NCBI GenBank assembly: GCA_023267755.1
Contig: JAHFMR010000003.1
Coordinates: 7,315 to 71,314, forward strand
DNA length: 64,000 nucleotides
Direction: 5' to 3'
Source: a bacterium
Lineage (GTDB): Bacteria > Patescibacteriota > Minisyncoccia > Phycocordibacterales > Phycocordibacteraceae
Shown: piece after piece, positions 1 to 9,500 of the stretch
Layout: every line of letters begins with the position of its first letter
How positions within the stretch are numbered: position 1 is the first letter of the stretch
Translations under genes and position numbers: made by a program
Notes under the pieces: generated by a model
Databases searched by the model: none
Seen by the model: only the letters and a program-made list of their open reading frames with translations
Told to the model about the DNA's origin: nothing

Positions 1-1
1 A

Positions 2-640
2 CTCCCGCCAACTCGCATCACTTTCATCGAGGGAGTGACGGTGCGCGAGGCGGCGGAGCAAGTCGCAACCGCGCTTCCGGGCGTGTCCGCTATAGATTTT
101 ATGAAAGAAGCATTACCGTATGAGGGGTACCTCTTCCCCGACACCTATTTCTTCACCCCCTCAGCGACTGCCGCGTCGATTGTGGCGACGATGCGTGCGA
201 ACTTCACCGCCAAGATTGATCCCTTTATGGATGATATTGCCGTATCGAAACACTCGCTCTCTGATATCGTGATTGTGGCATCGCTCGTCGAGAAGGAGGC
301 GCGCACGAACGTAAATCGCCGCATTGTCGCAGGCATCCTCTGGAACCGTCTCGCGCTCGGGATGCCGCTCCAAGTCGACGCGGTCTTTGGCTATATCTTC
401 AATCGCGATACCTACTCGCCCTCCGCCGCCGATCTACGAGTCGACTCGCCTTACAACACTTACACGCACATCGGTCTCCCGCCCACATCCATTGACAATC
501 CGGGAGTAGACGCGCTCGACGCGGCGATACACCCGACCAAGACCAACTATCTCTACTACCTCACCGGCAAGGACGACCAGATGCACTACGCCACCACCTA
601 TGCCGGACACCAGTTCAACCAGCGCAAGTATTTGCCGTAA
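2..640 (+). CDS. mltG: Endolytic transglycosylase MltG (YceG family), 5'-truncated by window edge
   Basis: Motifs EGYLFPDTY, ASLVEKE, NRL..GMPLQVD, SPYNTY...GLPPT.I.NPG, YLYY; frame is open from nt 2 (LPPTRITFIEG). Confidence 0.93.
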   Translation, partial: LPPTRITFIEGVTVREAAEQVATALPGVSAIDFMKEALPYEGYLFPDTYFFTPSATAASIVATMRANFTAKIDPFMDDIAVSKHSLSDIVIVASLVEKEARTNVNRRIVAGILWNRLALGMPLQVDAVFGYIFNRDTYSPSAADLRVDSPYNTYTHIGLPPTSIDNPGVDALDAAIHPTKTNYLYYLTGKDDQMHYATTYAGHQFNQRKYLP

Positions 641-694
641 CTTGTGCCTCATTTTCATCCAGTATTTAAGCCATTAAATTGATACCTGTACATA

Positions 695-723
695 TTGACA
701 TCAGCAATATGAAGTGTTATCAT
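695..723 (+). promoter_or_regulatory. Sigma70 promoter, TTGACA-N17-TATCAT with extended -10 TG
   Basis: TTGACA at 695-700 and TGtTATCAT at 715-723, upstream of ORF 808. Confidence 0.75.
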
Positions 724-807
724 CGCTCCTAGCCTTACTTTTATCGGTAAGCCCGTACCGCAAGGGTTATTGTGGTTGTTGTTTGAAATGAAAGGAAGGG
801 AATCAAA

Positions 808-1062
808 ATGATCAAGCTTCTGCAGTGGCTCTTCGAGGGAGGATTGCTCATCCTCCTCATCATCTTGGTCTATTCGCAAATTGTCTTGCCGCTCGTGAAG
901 AATACACCGGTCTTTCCGATGTTTCGTCGTCGGCCGGATATCAAGCACGAAATCGAGCAGACCAATGAGGCGCTGGAAGAAAATGAGCTTCAGCGCACCC
1001 TGGCAGCAAAGAAGAAGCGGCTCCAGCGATCCGCTTCGCAAACCGCAACACCATCCAAATAA
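808..1062 (+). CDS. Small hypothetical membrane protein (N-terminal TM helix, coiled-coil C-terminus)
   Basis: Hydrophobic N-terminus, purine-rich SD-like AAAGGAAGG upstream, directly precedes SPFH gene. Confidence 0.7.
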   Translation: MIKLLQWLFEGGLLILLIILVYSQIVLPLVKNTPVFPMFRRRPDIKHEIEQTNEALEENELQRTLAAKKKRLQRSASQTATPSK

Positions 1063-1072
1063 GGAGACGGAA

Positions 1073-2440
1073 ATGCTACGTGATCGTGAAGAAATGATGA
1101 GCACCATCAAGGGCTTTCTTCCTTCGGGAGGGAAACTCATGTGGATTTTTGTGGCCGTAGCGGTCATAATCTTCGGCCGCATGGTCAGTGGGGTCGTGGC
1201 AACGAAAGAAGCCGATGACATCCTTGGCATCCAGTCGATCTGGGATGGAAATATCACATGGTACAAGGGCACCGAAACTTGGGCCTGGCAAAACTGGGGG
1301 AATATCGTGGTGTTCAAGAAGCGGGCGATCTATAGCTTCGACACTCCCGACATGAGTCCAGAAGGCCAGAAGAAGGGCAAGTGCACCAATGGTATCGAAG
1401 TCCGCTTCAATGACGGCGGCCACGGTACCATTTGCGGCTCTGTCCAATTCGAAATGCCTTTGGACGATGATCACTTGACGTCCATCTTCACCAAGTTCAA
1501 GAGCCAGGCGGCCGTGCAAAGTGCCCTGATCGAGACAGTGACCGGGAAATCGGTTTACCTCTCTGGCCCGATGATGTCGTCGCGGGAATCGTATGCAGAA
1601 AAACGCAACGACCTCCTGTACTACATCGAAGACCAGATCCAAAACGGCGTCTACAAAACGCATCAGCGCGAGATGCATGTCAAGGACTCGATCACAGGGA
1701 CGGAAAAGACGGCGACCGTTGTGGAACTTGTTCTCAAGGACGGAAGACCAGAACGGCAGGAGCAGTCCGTGCTCACGCAGTTCGGCATCAAGGCATTCAA
1801 CTTTGCCATCAAGCGTCTGCCGTACGACGACAAGGTCGAAGAGCAAATCCGTGCCCAGCAGGAACTCGCGATGGCGGTACAAACGTCGATCTCAACCGCG
1901 AGAAAGGCCGAGCAGGATACACTCACCACCGTTGAGAAGGGTAAGCAGTCCGCCGCCGATGCCAAATGGAAGCAGGAGGCACTTAAGGCGACCGCAGTAA
2001 CATTGGCCGAGCAAGAAAAGGCGGTTGCAATTACCGGTGCCGAGAAAGATCGCGATACTGCCAAGCTTCAACGGGACGCTGCCGAATATTACAAGCAGCA
2101 ACAAATCCTGAAGGGTGAAGGCGATGCCGCGTATCGGCAGAAGGTGATGCAGGCCAACGGCGCACTGGAACAGAAGCTCACAACCTATGAAAAGGTCATG
2201 GGCAAGTTCGCCGAAGAGTTCGGCAAGCAGAAATGGGTACCTGAAGTCATGATGGGCGGTTCCGGAAGTTCCGGGGGTAATGCCGCCCAAACGATGATGG
2301 AGACCCTTTCCGTCGGCACGTTGAAAGCACTTGCTCTCGACATGAAGATGGAATCCCGCCGTAACGCTGCGGCAGCGCCAGAAGAAGCCCCGGCCACACC
2401 GGCAAAGGCTCCTCCGGCCAAGCCGACGGTCAAGAAGTAG
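1073..2440 (+). CDS. SPFH/band-7 (flotillin-like) membrane protein
   Basis: N-terminal TM, SPFH-like core (VRFNDGGHG, ESYAEKR, FGIKAFNFAI), long A/E/Q-rich coiled coil; AAGGAG SD before ATG 1073. Confidence 0.75.
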   Translation: MLRDREEMMSTIKGFLPSGGKLMWIFVAVAVIIFGRMVSGVVATKEADDILGIQSIWDGNITWYKGTETWAWQNWGNIVVFKKRAIYSFDTPDMSPEGQKKGKCTNGIEVRFNDGGHGTICGSVQFEMPLDDDHLTSIFTKFKSQAAVQSALIETVTGKSVYLSGPMMSSRESYAEKRNDLLYYIEDQIQNGVYKTHQREMHVKDSITGTEKTATVVELVLKDGRPERQEQSVLTQFGIKAFNFAIKRLPYDDKVEEQIRAQQELAMAVQTSISTARKAEQDTLTTVEKGKQSAADAKWKQEALKATAVTLAEQEKAVAITGAEKDRDTAKLQRDAAEYYKQQQILKGEGDAAYRQKVMQANGALEQKLTTYEKVMGKFAEEFGKQKWVPEVMMGGSGSSGGNAAQTMMETLSVGTLKALALDMKMESRRNAAAAPEEAPATPAKAPPAKPTVKK

Positions 2441-2463
2441 TTTTCCTCGTTCTTTATCGCGAC

Positions 2464-2500
2464 CTCGCCGCATGGGCAACCATGTGGCGAGTTTTCTTTT
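2464..2500 (+). terminator. Intrinsic terminator
   Basis: CTCGCCGCATGG-GCAA-CCATGTGGCGAG followed by TTTTCTTTT. Confidence 0.85.
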
Positions 2501-2526
2501 TATACTTAGCGTGATTAGATGATGCA

Positions 2527-3450
2527 ATGAATGATGTTCGGGAAAAGAAGATATTTGTAGGATTGTCGGGGGGCGTCGACTCTGCTGTGTCAGCGGCGCT
2601 GCTGCAGAGGGCTGGAGCCAAGGTGATCGGCGTGTTTATCAAGGGGTGGTACCCACCGGGGATGCCCTGCACGTGGGCCAGTGAGCGGCGCGATGCGATG
2701 CGTGTGGCCGCGCGATTGCATATTCCGTTTCAGACGCTCGACGCGAGCGCCGAGTATAAGAAAAGCGTTATCGACTATCTCGTGAGCGAGTACCGCGCAG
2801 GGCGCACGCCGAATCCGGACGTGATGTGTAATCGGGAAGTGAAGTTCGGTGCGTTCTATCGTTACGCGATGGAGGCTGGCGCTGACGCGATAGCGACCGG
2901 ACACTATCGCGCTGGAGAAAAGGATCAGAGCTACTTCCTCTGGGCAGTGCCCAAGGCGGTCCTCGACGCGACACTCTTTCCGGTAGGGGAGATGGATAAG
3001 AGTGCGGTGCGCGCACTCGCCAAGAAATTCAATCTGCCAGTGGCAGAAAAGCGTGATAGTCAGGGTGTCTGTTTCCTCGGTAGTGTCTCGGTGAGAGAAT
3101 TCTTAGAGCAAGAGTTCGGGAGTGATAATCCCGCCATCCTTTACACCATAGGCCAGCGAGTTGAGGGCGGCTATGTGGTGAGCAAAGATGTCGAGCAGAA
3201 GACAATCGCGGTGGCGAAGACACGTCCGCCGGGCGCGTGCGAAGTTATGTTCACCGATTCTAATTGGTTTAGTGATGCGTCACACACAACTGAAGCACAG
3301 TACCGCTATCGCGGACCGCGTGTGTCGGGGCGTGTTGAGAATAGTCGATTCATCGCTGATACGGCGCTTCCCGAAGTGCCTGCACCTGGACAATCAATTG
3401 TTTTTTACGATAAAGAAATACTTATTGGGGGTGGTATTATTGCGATATGA
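2527..3450 (+). CDS. mnmA: tRNA-specific 2-thiouridylase MnmA (compact)
   Basis: SGGVDS PP-loop, TPNPDVMCNREVKF, ATGHY, KDQSYFL, DSQGVCF, PGQSIVFY. Confidence 0.95.
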   Translation: MNDVREKKIFVGLSGGVDSAVSAALLQRAGAKVIGVFIKGWYPPGMPCTWASERRDAMRVAARLHIPFQTLDASAEYKKSVIDYLVSEYRAGRTPNPDVMCNREVKFGAFYRYAMEAGADAIATGHYRAGEKDQSYFLWAVPKAVLDATLFPVGEMDKSAVRALAKKFNLPVAEKRDSQGVCFLGSVSVREFLEQEFGSDNPAILYTIGQRVEGGYVVSKDVEQKTIAVAKTRPPGACEVMFTDSNWFSDASHTTEAQYRYRGPRVSGRVENSRFIADTALPEVPAPGQSIVFYDKEILIGGGIIAI

Positions 3451-3848
3451 ATCAAAGACGTTTGCCAATCGCCGCTGCGATTATTGGGTGTGTCATCATT
3501 ATCGGCTTTGTACTCTCGGTACCGCACACGCGTGATCTCCCGCGGCCGGTTGAGTCTGAAAAGGTGGTGGCTGTTATTCCTGTTGTCTCGCTCCATGACG
3601 GTTACAAAAAAGGCGTGCACACTATCACCGGCAACGTTACTGCTCCGAATGCGTGCGCCCAAGTGGCTGCGCACGCAAGCCTCTCTTCGAGCACACCGGG
3701 CATCGTGGTCGCAGTCACATTCGTGATTGACGACAATGTATGTCTTCAATTGCCTACACGAAGCACCTTCTCGACAACACTCGCAGCGCCCGCTGGGTTG
3801 CCGCTCTCGGCAACGGTAAATGGCGTCGACGCAACGATTGGTTCATGA
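3447..3848 (+). CDS. Hypothetical membrane-anchored protein
   Basis: N-terminal TM, two Cys (PNAC...VCLQ); ATGA overlaps with both neighbours. Confidence 0.7.
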   Translation: MNQRRLPIAAAIIGCVIIIGFVLSVPHTRDLPRPVESEKVVAVIPVVSLHDGYKKGVHTITGNVTAPNACAQVAAHASLSSSTPGIVVAVTFVIDDNVCLQLPTRSTFSTTLAAPAGLPLSATVNGVDATIGS

Positions 3849-4687
3849 CTTCACTACCGACTATCATCAAGGCAGACGGCTCGCGAGAAGTCTTCGACCC
3901 TGCACGTCTCGTCGCCTCGCTCGAGCGCTCTGGTGCAGGCGAACACACTGCCGAGCGCATCACGCGTATGGTCACCGAGACAGTAATCGAGGGTGCTTCT
4001 TCTAAAGAGGTTTACACCCGCGCCTTCTCGCTTCTACGCAAAGAGACACGTCCGGTTGCCGCGCGCTACGCGCTCCGTCGTGCGCTCCTCGAGCTCGGTC
4101 CTACCGGTCACCCATTTGAAGATTTTATCGCACATCTCTTCAGTAAAGAGGGGTGGCAGGTTGAAGCGCGCAAGATACTCAAAGGGAAGTGCGTCTCTCA
4201 CGAAGTCGACGTGTATGCCTCACATCCCGAACAGAACATCTTCCTCGCCGCCGAACTGAAATATCACAACGACCCGGGCTATAAGACCGACCTCAAGGTC
4301 GCACTTTATGTAAAGAGTCGTTTCGATGACATCTTCTCCTGTGACCCTACCACGCGCGAGTGTCCGATCGATCGTGGTCTCCTTGTGACCAATACTAAGT
4401 TCACCTCCGAAGCTATCGCCTACGCCGAATGTGCGGGCGTCGAACTGCTTGGCTGGGGGTACCCAGTAAGCGAGAGTCTCGCTACGCGTATGAGCCGCGC
4501 TCGCGTCTATCCGATTACCGCGCTCACCAGTCTTTCTTCCTCCGAGAAACGGCTCCTTATCGAGCATGAAGTGATTGCGGTCGATGAGATTATCGCCAAT
4601 CGGCGCTTGCTCGACATCCTCCATCTCCCGCCAGAGCGGGTAGGTGAGCTCCTCGCCGAGGCCGATGGCCTCCTCTCGCTCTCTTAA
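3845..4687 (+). CDS. ATP-cone domain plus PD-(D/E)XK restriction endonuclease-like (Mrr-type) protein
   Basis: IIKADGSREVFD..RL..SL ATP cone; GPTGHPFE, HEVDV, ELKYH, LVTNTKFT. Confidence 0.8.
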   Translation: MTSLPTIIKADGSREVFDPARLVASLERSGAGEHTAERITRMVTETVIEGASSKEVYTRAFSLLRKETRPVAARYALRRALLELGPTGHPFEDFIAHLFSKEGWQVEARKILKGKCVSHEVDVYASHPEQNIFLAAELKYHNDPGYKTDLKVALYVKSRFDDIFSCDPTTRECPIDRGLLVTNTKFTSEAIAYAECAGVELLGWGYPVSESLATRMSRARVYPITALTSLSSSEKRLLIEHEVIAVDEIIANRRLLDILHLPPERVGELLAEADGLLSLS

Positions 4688-5949
4688 TTCGCGCGGAGCC
4701 GCATAAGTTCTTCGTGAGCGACTCCTGCGTCACTCCAGGGGATGCGCTCGCCCTTGGCCGCCATAATATAAGGCCCAGCACCTTTGCCGGTGATGAAGAC
4801 GACCGAACCTTTTTTTGCCAGCTGAAACGCTTTGCGCATAGCGAGACGGCGATCGAGGATGAACTCGTGTGAGTGAGTCGTAATTCCGCTCGCAACATCA
4901 GTGGCGATATCCTCCGGATTTTCGTCATACGGATCTTCAGTGGTGAGGATGATATAGTCGCAGTGCTTGTCGGCCACCTCGCCCATCACCTTGCGCTTGG
5001 CAACGTCGCGCCCGCCGCCCGTCCCGCCCAAGATGCCGATAATTGGTATGCCCGCATACACGCCATAGGCTCTATCGAGCGAGTCGGCCGTGTGCGCATA
5101 GTCGACGATGACGGTGAAATCTTGTCCCGCTTCTATCTTCTCCATTCGGCCCGGCACCAGAGCGAACTTTTCGAGCGCACTTTTTATTACTTCGACAGGT
5201 ATGCCGCGACTGTAGGCGAAGGTGGCAGCCGCAAGTGCGTTCATAATATTGAATTCTCCCGGGAGCTTCAGGCGGATCTCGGTACCGTGGAAGGTTAGCG
5301 TGCCGCCCTCGGTACTGGTGGAATAAGGGCGAACCTCGCTAAGCGAGTAAGGGATCTTGGTCCCGACACGCACCGCGAGGAACTTATCTGCTTGTGCATC
5401 ATCTCGGTTTGCAATGATAGTGTGTGTATCTGCCGCGCCGCACTCAAGCGCGCGAGCGAGACTCACTTTGGCGTCGACATAATTCTCATACGAGCCGTGA
5501 GACTCGATGTGTTCCGGCGATACGTTGGTGAAGATGAGCGCGTCGAGATCGATGAACTTGTGGCGGAACTGTTTCGCCCCTTCAGACGTCATCTCGATGA
5601 CTGCGTATGTACAGCTCGCATCTACTGCCCGGCGTAAGAAGCGCTGGAGCAGGGTGCGGCCGAGCATACTGCGCTTGGTGAGGTTCTTCTCGCTCGAGCC
5701 GAGGAGTTTGAGGTGATTTGTGTTGGCGAGCGCGACACGATTGCCTGCCTCCTCAAGGATGGCCGCTACGAGCTCGGTGGTAGAGGTCTTACCTTTGGTC
5801 CCCGTGACGCCGACGACGTAGAGGGAGCGAGAGGGGAAGCCGAAGCGGAGAGCGCCGATACCTGCGAGCAGGTAATGATAGGCCGGCTGGAGCGCGGTAA
5901 AAAGCGCCTTCGGAATGAGTTTCTTGGCTGTGCGGAGGAGTTTTTCCAT
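4684..5949 (-). CDS. murE: UDP-N-acetylmuramyl-tripeptide synthetase MurE
   Basis: GVTGTKGKTST, EMTSEG, FTNVSPEHIESH, PGRME, VDYAHT, EDPYDE, ITGKG. Confidence 0.9.
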   Translation of the reverse strand: MEKLLRTAKKLIPKALFTALQPAYHYLLAGIGALRFGFPSRSLYVVGVTGTKGKTSTTELVAAILEEAGNRVALANTNHLKLLGSSEKNLTKRSMLGRTLLQRFLRRAVDASCTYAVIEMTSEGAKQFRHKFIDLDALIFTNVSPEHIESHGSYENYVDAKVSLARALECGAADTHTIIANRDDAQADKFLAVRVGTKIPYSLSEVRPYSTSTEGGTLTFHGTEIRLKLPGEFNIMNALAAATFAYSRGIPVEVIKSALEKFALVPGRMEKIEAGQDFTVIVDYAHTADSLDRAYGVYAGIPIIGILGGTGGGRDVAKRKVMGEVADKHCDYIILTTEDPYDENPEDIATDVASGITTHSHEFILDRRLAMRKAFQLAKKGSVVFITGKGAGPYIMAAKGERIPWSDAGVAHEELMRLRAN

Positions 5950-5969
5950 GCGTGTTATAGTAGTTTATC

Positions 5970-7829
5970 ATGTGTGGCATCGCTGGCATTATCCACCCCT
6001 CCGGGGAGCCGCAGAAGGCTCTCGAGACAATGCTGGATCGCATTATCCACCGCGGACCCGACGACTCGGGGACGTTTGTCGATACAGAGGTCGCGCTCGG
6101 GATGCGTCGATTGAGTATCATCGACGTCGCAGGCGGGAAGCAGCCCATCTCGTCAAAGGACGGTTCACTCATCATCGTCTTTAACGGTGAGATCTACAAT
6201 TTTAAAGAATTGCGTGAGGGACTCGTCGCGCGCGGACACACCTTCAAGACGCACACCGACACCGAAGTCATCCTGCATCTCTACGAGGAACGCGGCGAGG
6301 AAGTGGTGAAGGATCTCCGCGGGATGTTTACCTTCTTTATCTACGATATGAAGAAGGGAAGAGTGATGGCGGCGCGCGACCCCTTCGGTATCAAGCCACT
6401 CTACTACCTGCTTCGCGGCAACAGCATCGTCGGGCTCGCTTCTGAGAGTAAAAGCCTGCTCACTCTTCCTGAATATACCAAAGAGATTAACGAAGAGGCG
6501 ATTTATCAGTACCTCTCCTTCCAATACAACCCGCTGCGCGAGACCTTCTTCCGCAATATCTATCGTATGCCGCCGGCCACGTACTTCCTTATCGACGCGA
6601 AGACTGGCGCATACACTGAGACAACCTATTGGGATATGACCTTTGATGCCGACGACACAATGCAGGAAGCATCTGCAACCAAGAAGCTGGCAACTATCCT
6701 TGAGGATTCGGTTAAGCACCATCTCGAGAGCGATGTGCCGCTCGGTGCCTTCCTCTCCGGCGGCGTCGACAGCGCGCTCATCGTGGGTGCTATCCGCAAG
6801 GTGCATCCAGAGGGAGTGCTTAAGACCTTTACGATTGGGTCGAAAGAGATTAATGAGTTCGCCGAGGCACGCGAGCAGTCCGACGCGCTCCGTACGACGC
6901 ACACCGAGATCCTCCTCGACCCCGACGAATACTTCGCCACGCTCCCGCGCATCGCATGGCACTTTGACGAGCCGGTGGCTGATCCTTCAGCTATCGCGCT
7001 CTACTTCCTCGCACGCGAAGCGGGGAAGCATGTGAAGGTCGTTCTCTCTGGCGAGGGCTCCGACGAGCTTTTTGGCGGCTACGGTATCTATCGTGAGCCT
7101 TACTCCTTTGCCACGTTTGAACGCTTCGTGCCCGCTTTTCTCCGTAAGCCGCTTCTGCTCCTTGCGGGCATCCCGCTTGCTCTGCCGGGGTTAAACTTCC
7201 TCCGTCGCTATCAGAAGCCGCTTGCAGAGCGCTATATCGGTAACGCGTACATCTTCTCTCCAGCTGAGGCGCGCCGCCTCTGGAAGGGGACGCCGTATGA
7301 ACGATTCAGTCTCGCGGCACTCTACGAGAAGGCGCGTCGCTGGTCAGACGCCACGAAAATGCAATACATCGATATCCATATGTGGCTCGTGGGAGATATT
7401 CTCGCGAAGGCAGATAAGATGAGTATGGCGCACTCGCTTGAAGTCCGCGTGCCGTTCCTCGACCGTGAGGTCGCCGCCTTTGCCGGCACGATCCCTGATC
7501 GTCTTAAATACAAGAGCGGCTCTGTGCAGGAAGCGAAGTATCTCCTGCGCAAGGCGTCTAAGGAGTTCGTCCCGCCTACCACACAGAAGCGCAAGAAGCT
7601 CGGATTCCCAGTCCCACTGGCCCAGTGGCTGCGCGCACGCACCGACTGGCAGGAGCGCATCACGACACACCCGTTTATCACCGAGCGTTTTAATGTCGAC
7701 ATTATCAAACAGCTCGCCGCCGACCATGTCGCTGGCCGAGCAAACAATGCACGCAAGCTCTTCATATTTCTAATGCTCGCGGCCTGGCACGACGCGTTCT
7801 TCAAGGAAGATTATTCGAGAATTACCTAA
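5970..7829 (+). CDS. asnB: Asparagine synthase (glutamine-hydrolysing) family amidotransferase
   Basis: MCGIAG, HRGPD, RRLSIID, FNGEIYN, LSGGVDS, SGEGSDELFGGY, EVRVPFLD. Confidence 0.93.
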   Translation: MCGIAGIIHPSGEPQKALETMLDRIIHRGPDDSGTFVDTEVALGMRRLSIIDVAGGKQPISSKDGSLIIVFNGEIYNFKELREGLVARGHTFKTHTDTEVILHLYEERGEEVVKDLRGMFTFFIYDMKKGRVMAARDPFGIKPLYYLLRGNSIVGLASESKSLLTLPEYTKEINEEAIYQYLSFQYNPLRETFFRNIYRMPPATYFLIDAKTGAYTETTYWDMTFDADDTMQEASATKKLATILEDSVKHHLESDVPLGAFLSGGVDSALIVGAIRKVHPEGVLKTFTIGSKEINEFAEAREQSDALRTTHTEILLDPDEYFATLPRIAWHFDEPVADPSAIALYFLAREAGKHVKVVLSGEGSDELFGGYGIYREPYSFATFERFVPAFLRKPLLLLAGIPLALPGLNFLRRYQKPLAERYIGNAYIFSPAEARRLWKGTPYERFSLAALYEKARRWSDATKMQYIDIHMWLVGDILAKADKMSMAHSLEVRVPFLDREVAAFAGTIPDRLKYKSGSVQEAKYLLRKASKEFVPPTTQKRKKLGFPVPLAQWLRARTDWQERITTHPFITERFNVDIIKQLAADHVAGRANNARKLFIFLMLAAWHDAFFKEDYSRIT

Positions 7830-7833
7830 TACT

Positions 7834-8625
7834 ATGACAGCAGGATTCAAACGGCAGAGCAGTCTCTTCAATCCGGCGTCGTCGGAACCCTTCAAGGTAA
7901 GCCGGTCGAAGATTGATCTCTTTATGGAGTGTCAGCGCTGCGCGTATCTCGATATGCGGCTCGGCGTGAAGCGCCCCTCGATGCCTTCTTTCACCCTCAA
8001 CAACGCGGTCGACGAGCTCCTGAAGCGTGAGTTCGATATCCATCGGGTACAGGGCACCAAGCATCCGCTGGTAGAGAAGTATGGACTCGATGCTGTCCCC
8101 TTTAACGACCCCAGGATGGAGGAGTGGCGCGACGCGCTCCGACGCGGCATCGCGTATCTCCACGAACCGACCAATATCCTGGTGCGCGGCGGTATCGACG
8201 ATGTGTGGGTCACGCCCACAGGCGAGCTGATTATTGTGGACTATAAGGCCACGAGTAAGAAGATTGGCCCCTCTACCGAGGACGATCTCTACGACTCCTA
8301 CAAACGCCAGCTCGAGATCTATCAGTGGCTCTTCCGCCGGAACGGCTTTACCGTCTCGCCGACGGTCTACTTCGTGTATGTAAACGGCAAGGCCGATGCC
8401 AAAGCCTTTGATGGCAAGCTTGAGTTCGATGTGGAGCTTATCCCGTATACCGGCAACGATCTCTGGGTCGAGCCAGCCGTATATGACCTTAAGAAGACGC
8501 TCGCGGGTGAGGAGATTCCGCCAATCGGTACCTCCTTTGGCGGCGGCCCGTGCGAGCACTGCACCTATCGAGAGGCAGCGGGCAAGAAACTGCAAGAGCT
8601 TCATCGTAACAATGCCAAGAAGTAA
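7834..8625 (+). CDS. PD-(D/E)XK nuclease family protein (RecB/Cas4-like)
   Basis: SRSKIDLF..CQRC, GGIDD, IIVDYK, QLEIY, C-terminal CEHC. Confidence 0.85.
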   Translation: MTAGFKRQSSLFNPASSEPFKVSRSKIDLFMECQRCAYLDMRLGVKRPSMPSFTLNNAVDELLKREFDIHRVQGTKHPLVEKYGLDAVPFNDPRMEEWRDALRRGIAYLHEPTNILVRGGIDDVWVTPTGELIIVDYKATSKKIGPSTEDDLYDSYKRQLEIYQWLFRRNGFTVSPTVYFVYVNGKADAKAFDGKLEFDVELIPYTGNDLWVEPAVYDLKKTLAGEEIPPIGTSFGGGPCEHCTYREAAGKKLQELHRNNAKK

Positions 8626-8884
8626 CTTCGCCGAGCGCGTGCGCGACGCGGTGCGCCAGATATCGCACGGGGAGACGCGCAGCTATGGTGAAGTCGCCCA
8701 TGCCGCCGGCTACCCGGGTGCTGCGCGCGCGGTGGGCACGGTGATGAAGAATAATTATGACCCAAGCGTGCCGTGCCACCGCGTCATCTGTGCCGACGGC
8801 TCGCTCGGCGACTACAACCGTGGCGGGACTGCAAAAAAGTGTGCTGTCTTGAAATCAGAGAGTGCGATTGACTCAACCATATAA
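8612..8884 (+). CDS. MGMT family (O6-methylguanine-DNA methyltransferase C-terminal domain) protein
   Basis: SYGEVA, AARAVG, VPCHRVI active-site motif. Confidence 0.88.
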   Translation: MPRSNFAERVRDAVRQISHGETRSYGEVAHAAGYPGAARAVGTVMKNNYDPSVPCHRVICADGSLGDYNRGGTAKKCAVLKSESAIDSTI

Positions 8885-8896
8885 GAGATGTACAGT
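8868..8896 (+). promoter_or_regulatory. Sigma70 promoter, TTGACT-N17-TACAGT
   Basis: Spacing and position upstream of orphan ORF 8928. Confidence 0.6.
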
Positions 8897-8927
8897 ATAC
8901 AGACCCGTCTCAATCCTGAGGTGGGAA

Positions 8928-9401
8928 ATGAAAGATGTCTTAGACATCAAGGAGATTGAAATGCACGAATGTCCGACTATCAGCATCAAAGCAGGGGCCG
9001 TCACAAGCACCGTTAGCGGGAAATTGTCCCCGGTGCCCATCAAGGCAACGCCTGCGCAACTGGCATTCTTCGCTTCAGGTTGCGGTATGGTCATCGATCG
9101 TCTTGGCGAGGTCCGTCAATTTGTCGACGTGATGAAAATCAGGTACATTTTTGTGCCAGGCGAAAGATTTGGCCCCGAAGCAAAGTGTTTTTTCGTCGCT
9201 TCCGCAATCATCAACAACGGCGTGGACAAAAGTGAGGCCAGTCCGGTACGAATTGATGTCGAAGGAGATGCTCTTCAAGGAACTGTTGAGGAATTCGCTC
9301 AACAACTCTACGACACGATTGTTGCCGGCATGAAAAGCTGGATAACGGATGCTCATGCCAATATGCGTTATTGGGAAGACACGCTAGAACCGCTAGCGTA
9401 A
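8928..9401 (+). CDS. Hypothetical protein (orphan)
   Basis: 157-aa ORF with GAGGTG SD, own promoter and terminator. Confidence 0.7.
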   Translation: MKDVLDIKEIEMHECPTISIKAGAVTSTVSGKLSPVPIKATPAQLAFFASGCGMVIDRLGEVRQFVDVMKIRYIFVPGERFGPEAKCFFVASAIINNGVDKSEASPVRIDVEGDALQGTVEEFAQQLYDTIVAGMKSWITDAHANMRYWEDTLEPLA

Positions 9402-9419
9402 TCTCCTCCCTTCAACTCG

Positions 9420-9447
9420 ACCGCCCTGCTTTGTCAGGGCGGTTTTT
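9420..9447 (+). terminator. Intrinsic terminator
   Basis: ACCGCCCTG-ctttgt-CAGGGCGGT followed by TTTT. Confidence 0.85.
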
Positions 9448-9500
9448 GCAATTCTGAGTACTTCTTCGAACAATTTTCTGCCGTAGCTTATACTGCTTTG

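Noticed and set aside
7834-8625. Cas4-like nuclease as a sign of CRISPR-Cas or a defence island
   Set aside because: There is no repeat-spacer array or cas gene in the window. The context is MGMT and ung, consistent with a solo PD-(D/E)XK repair nuclease.
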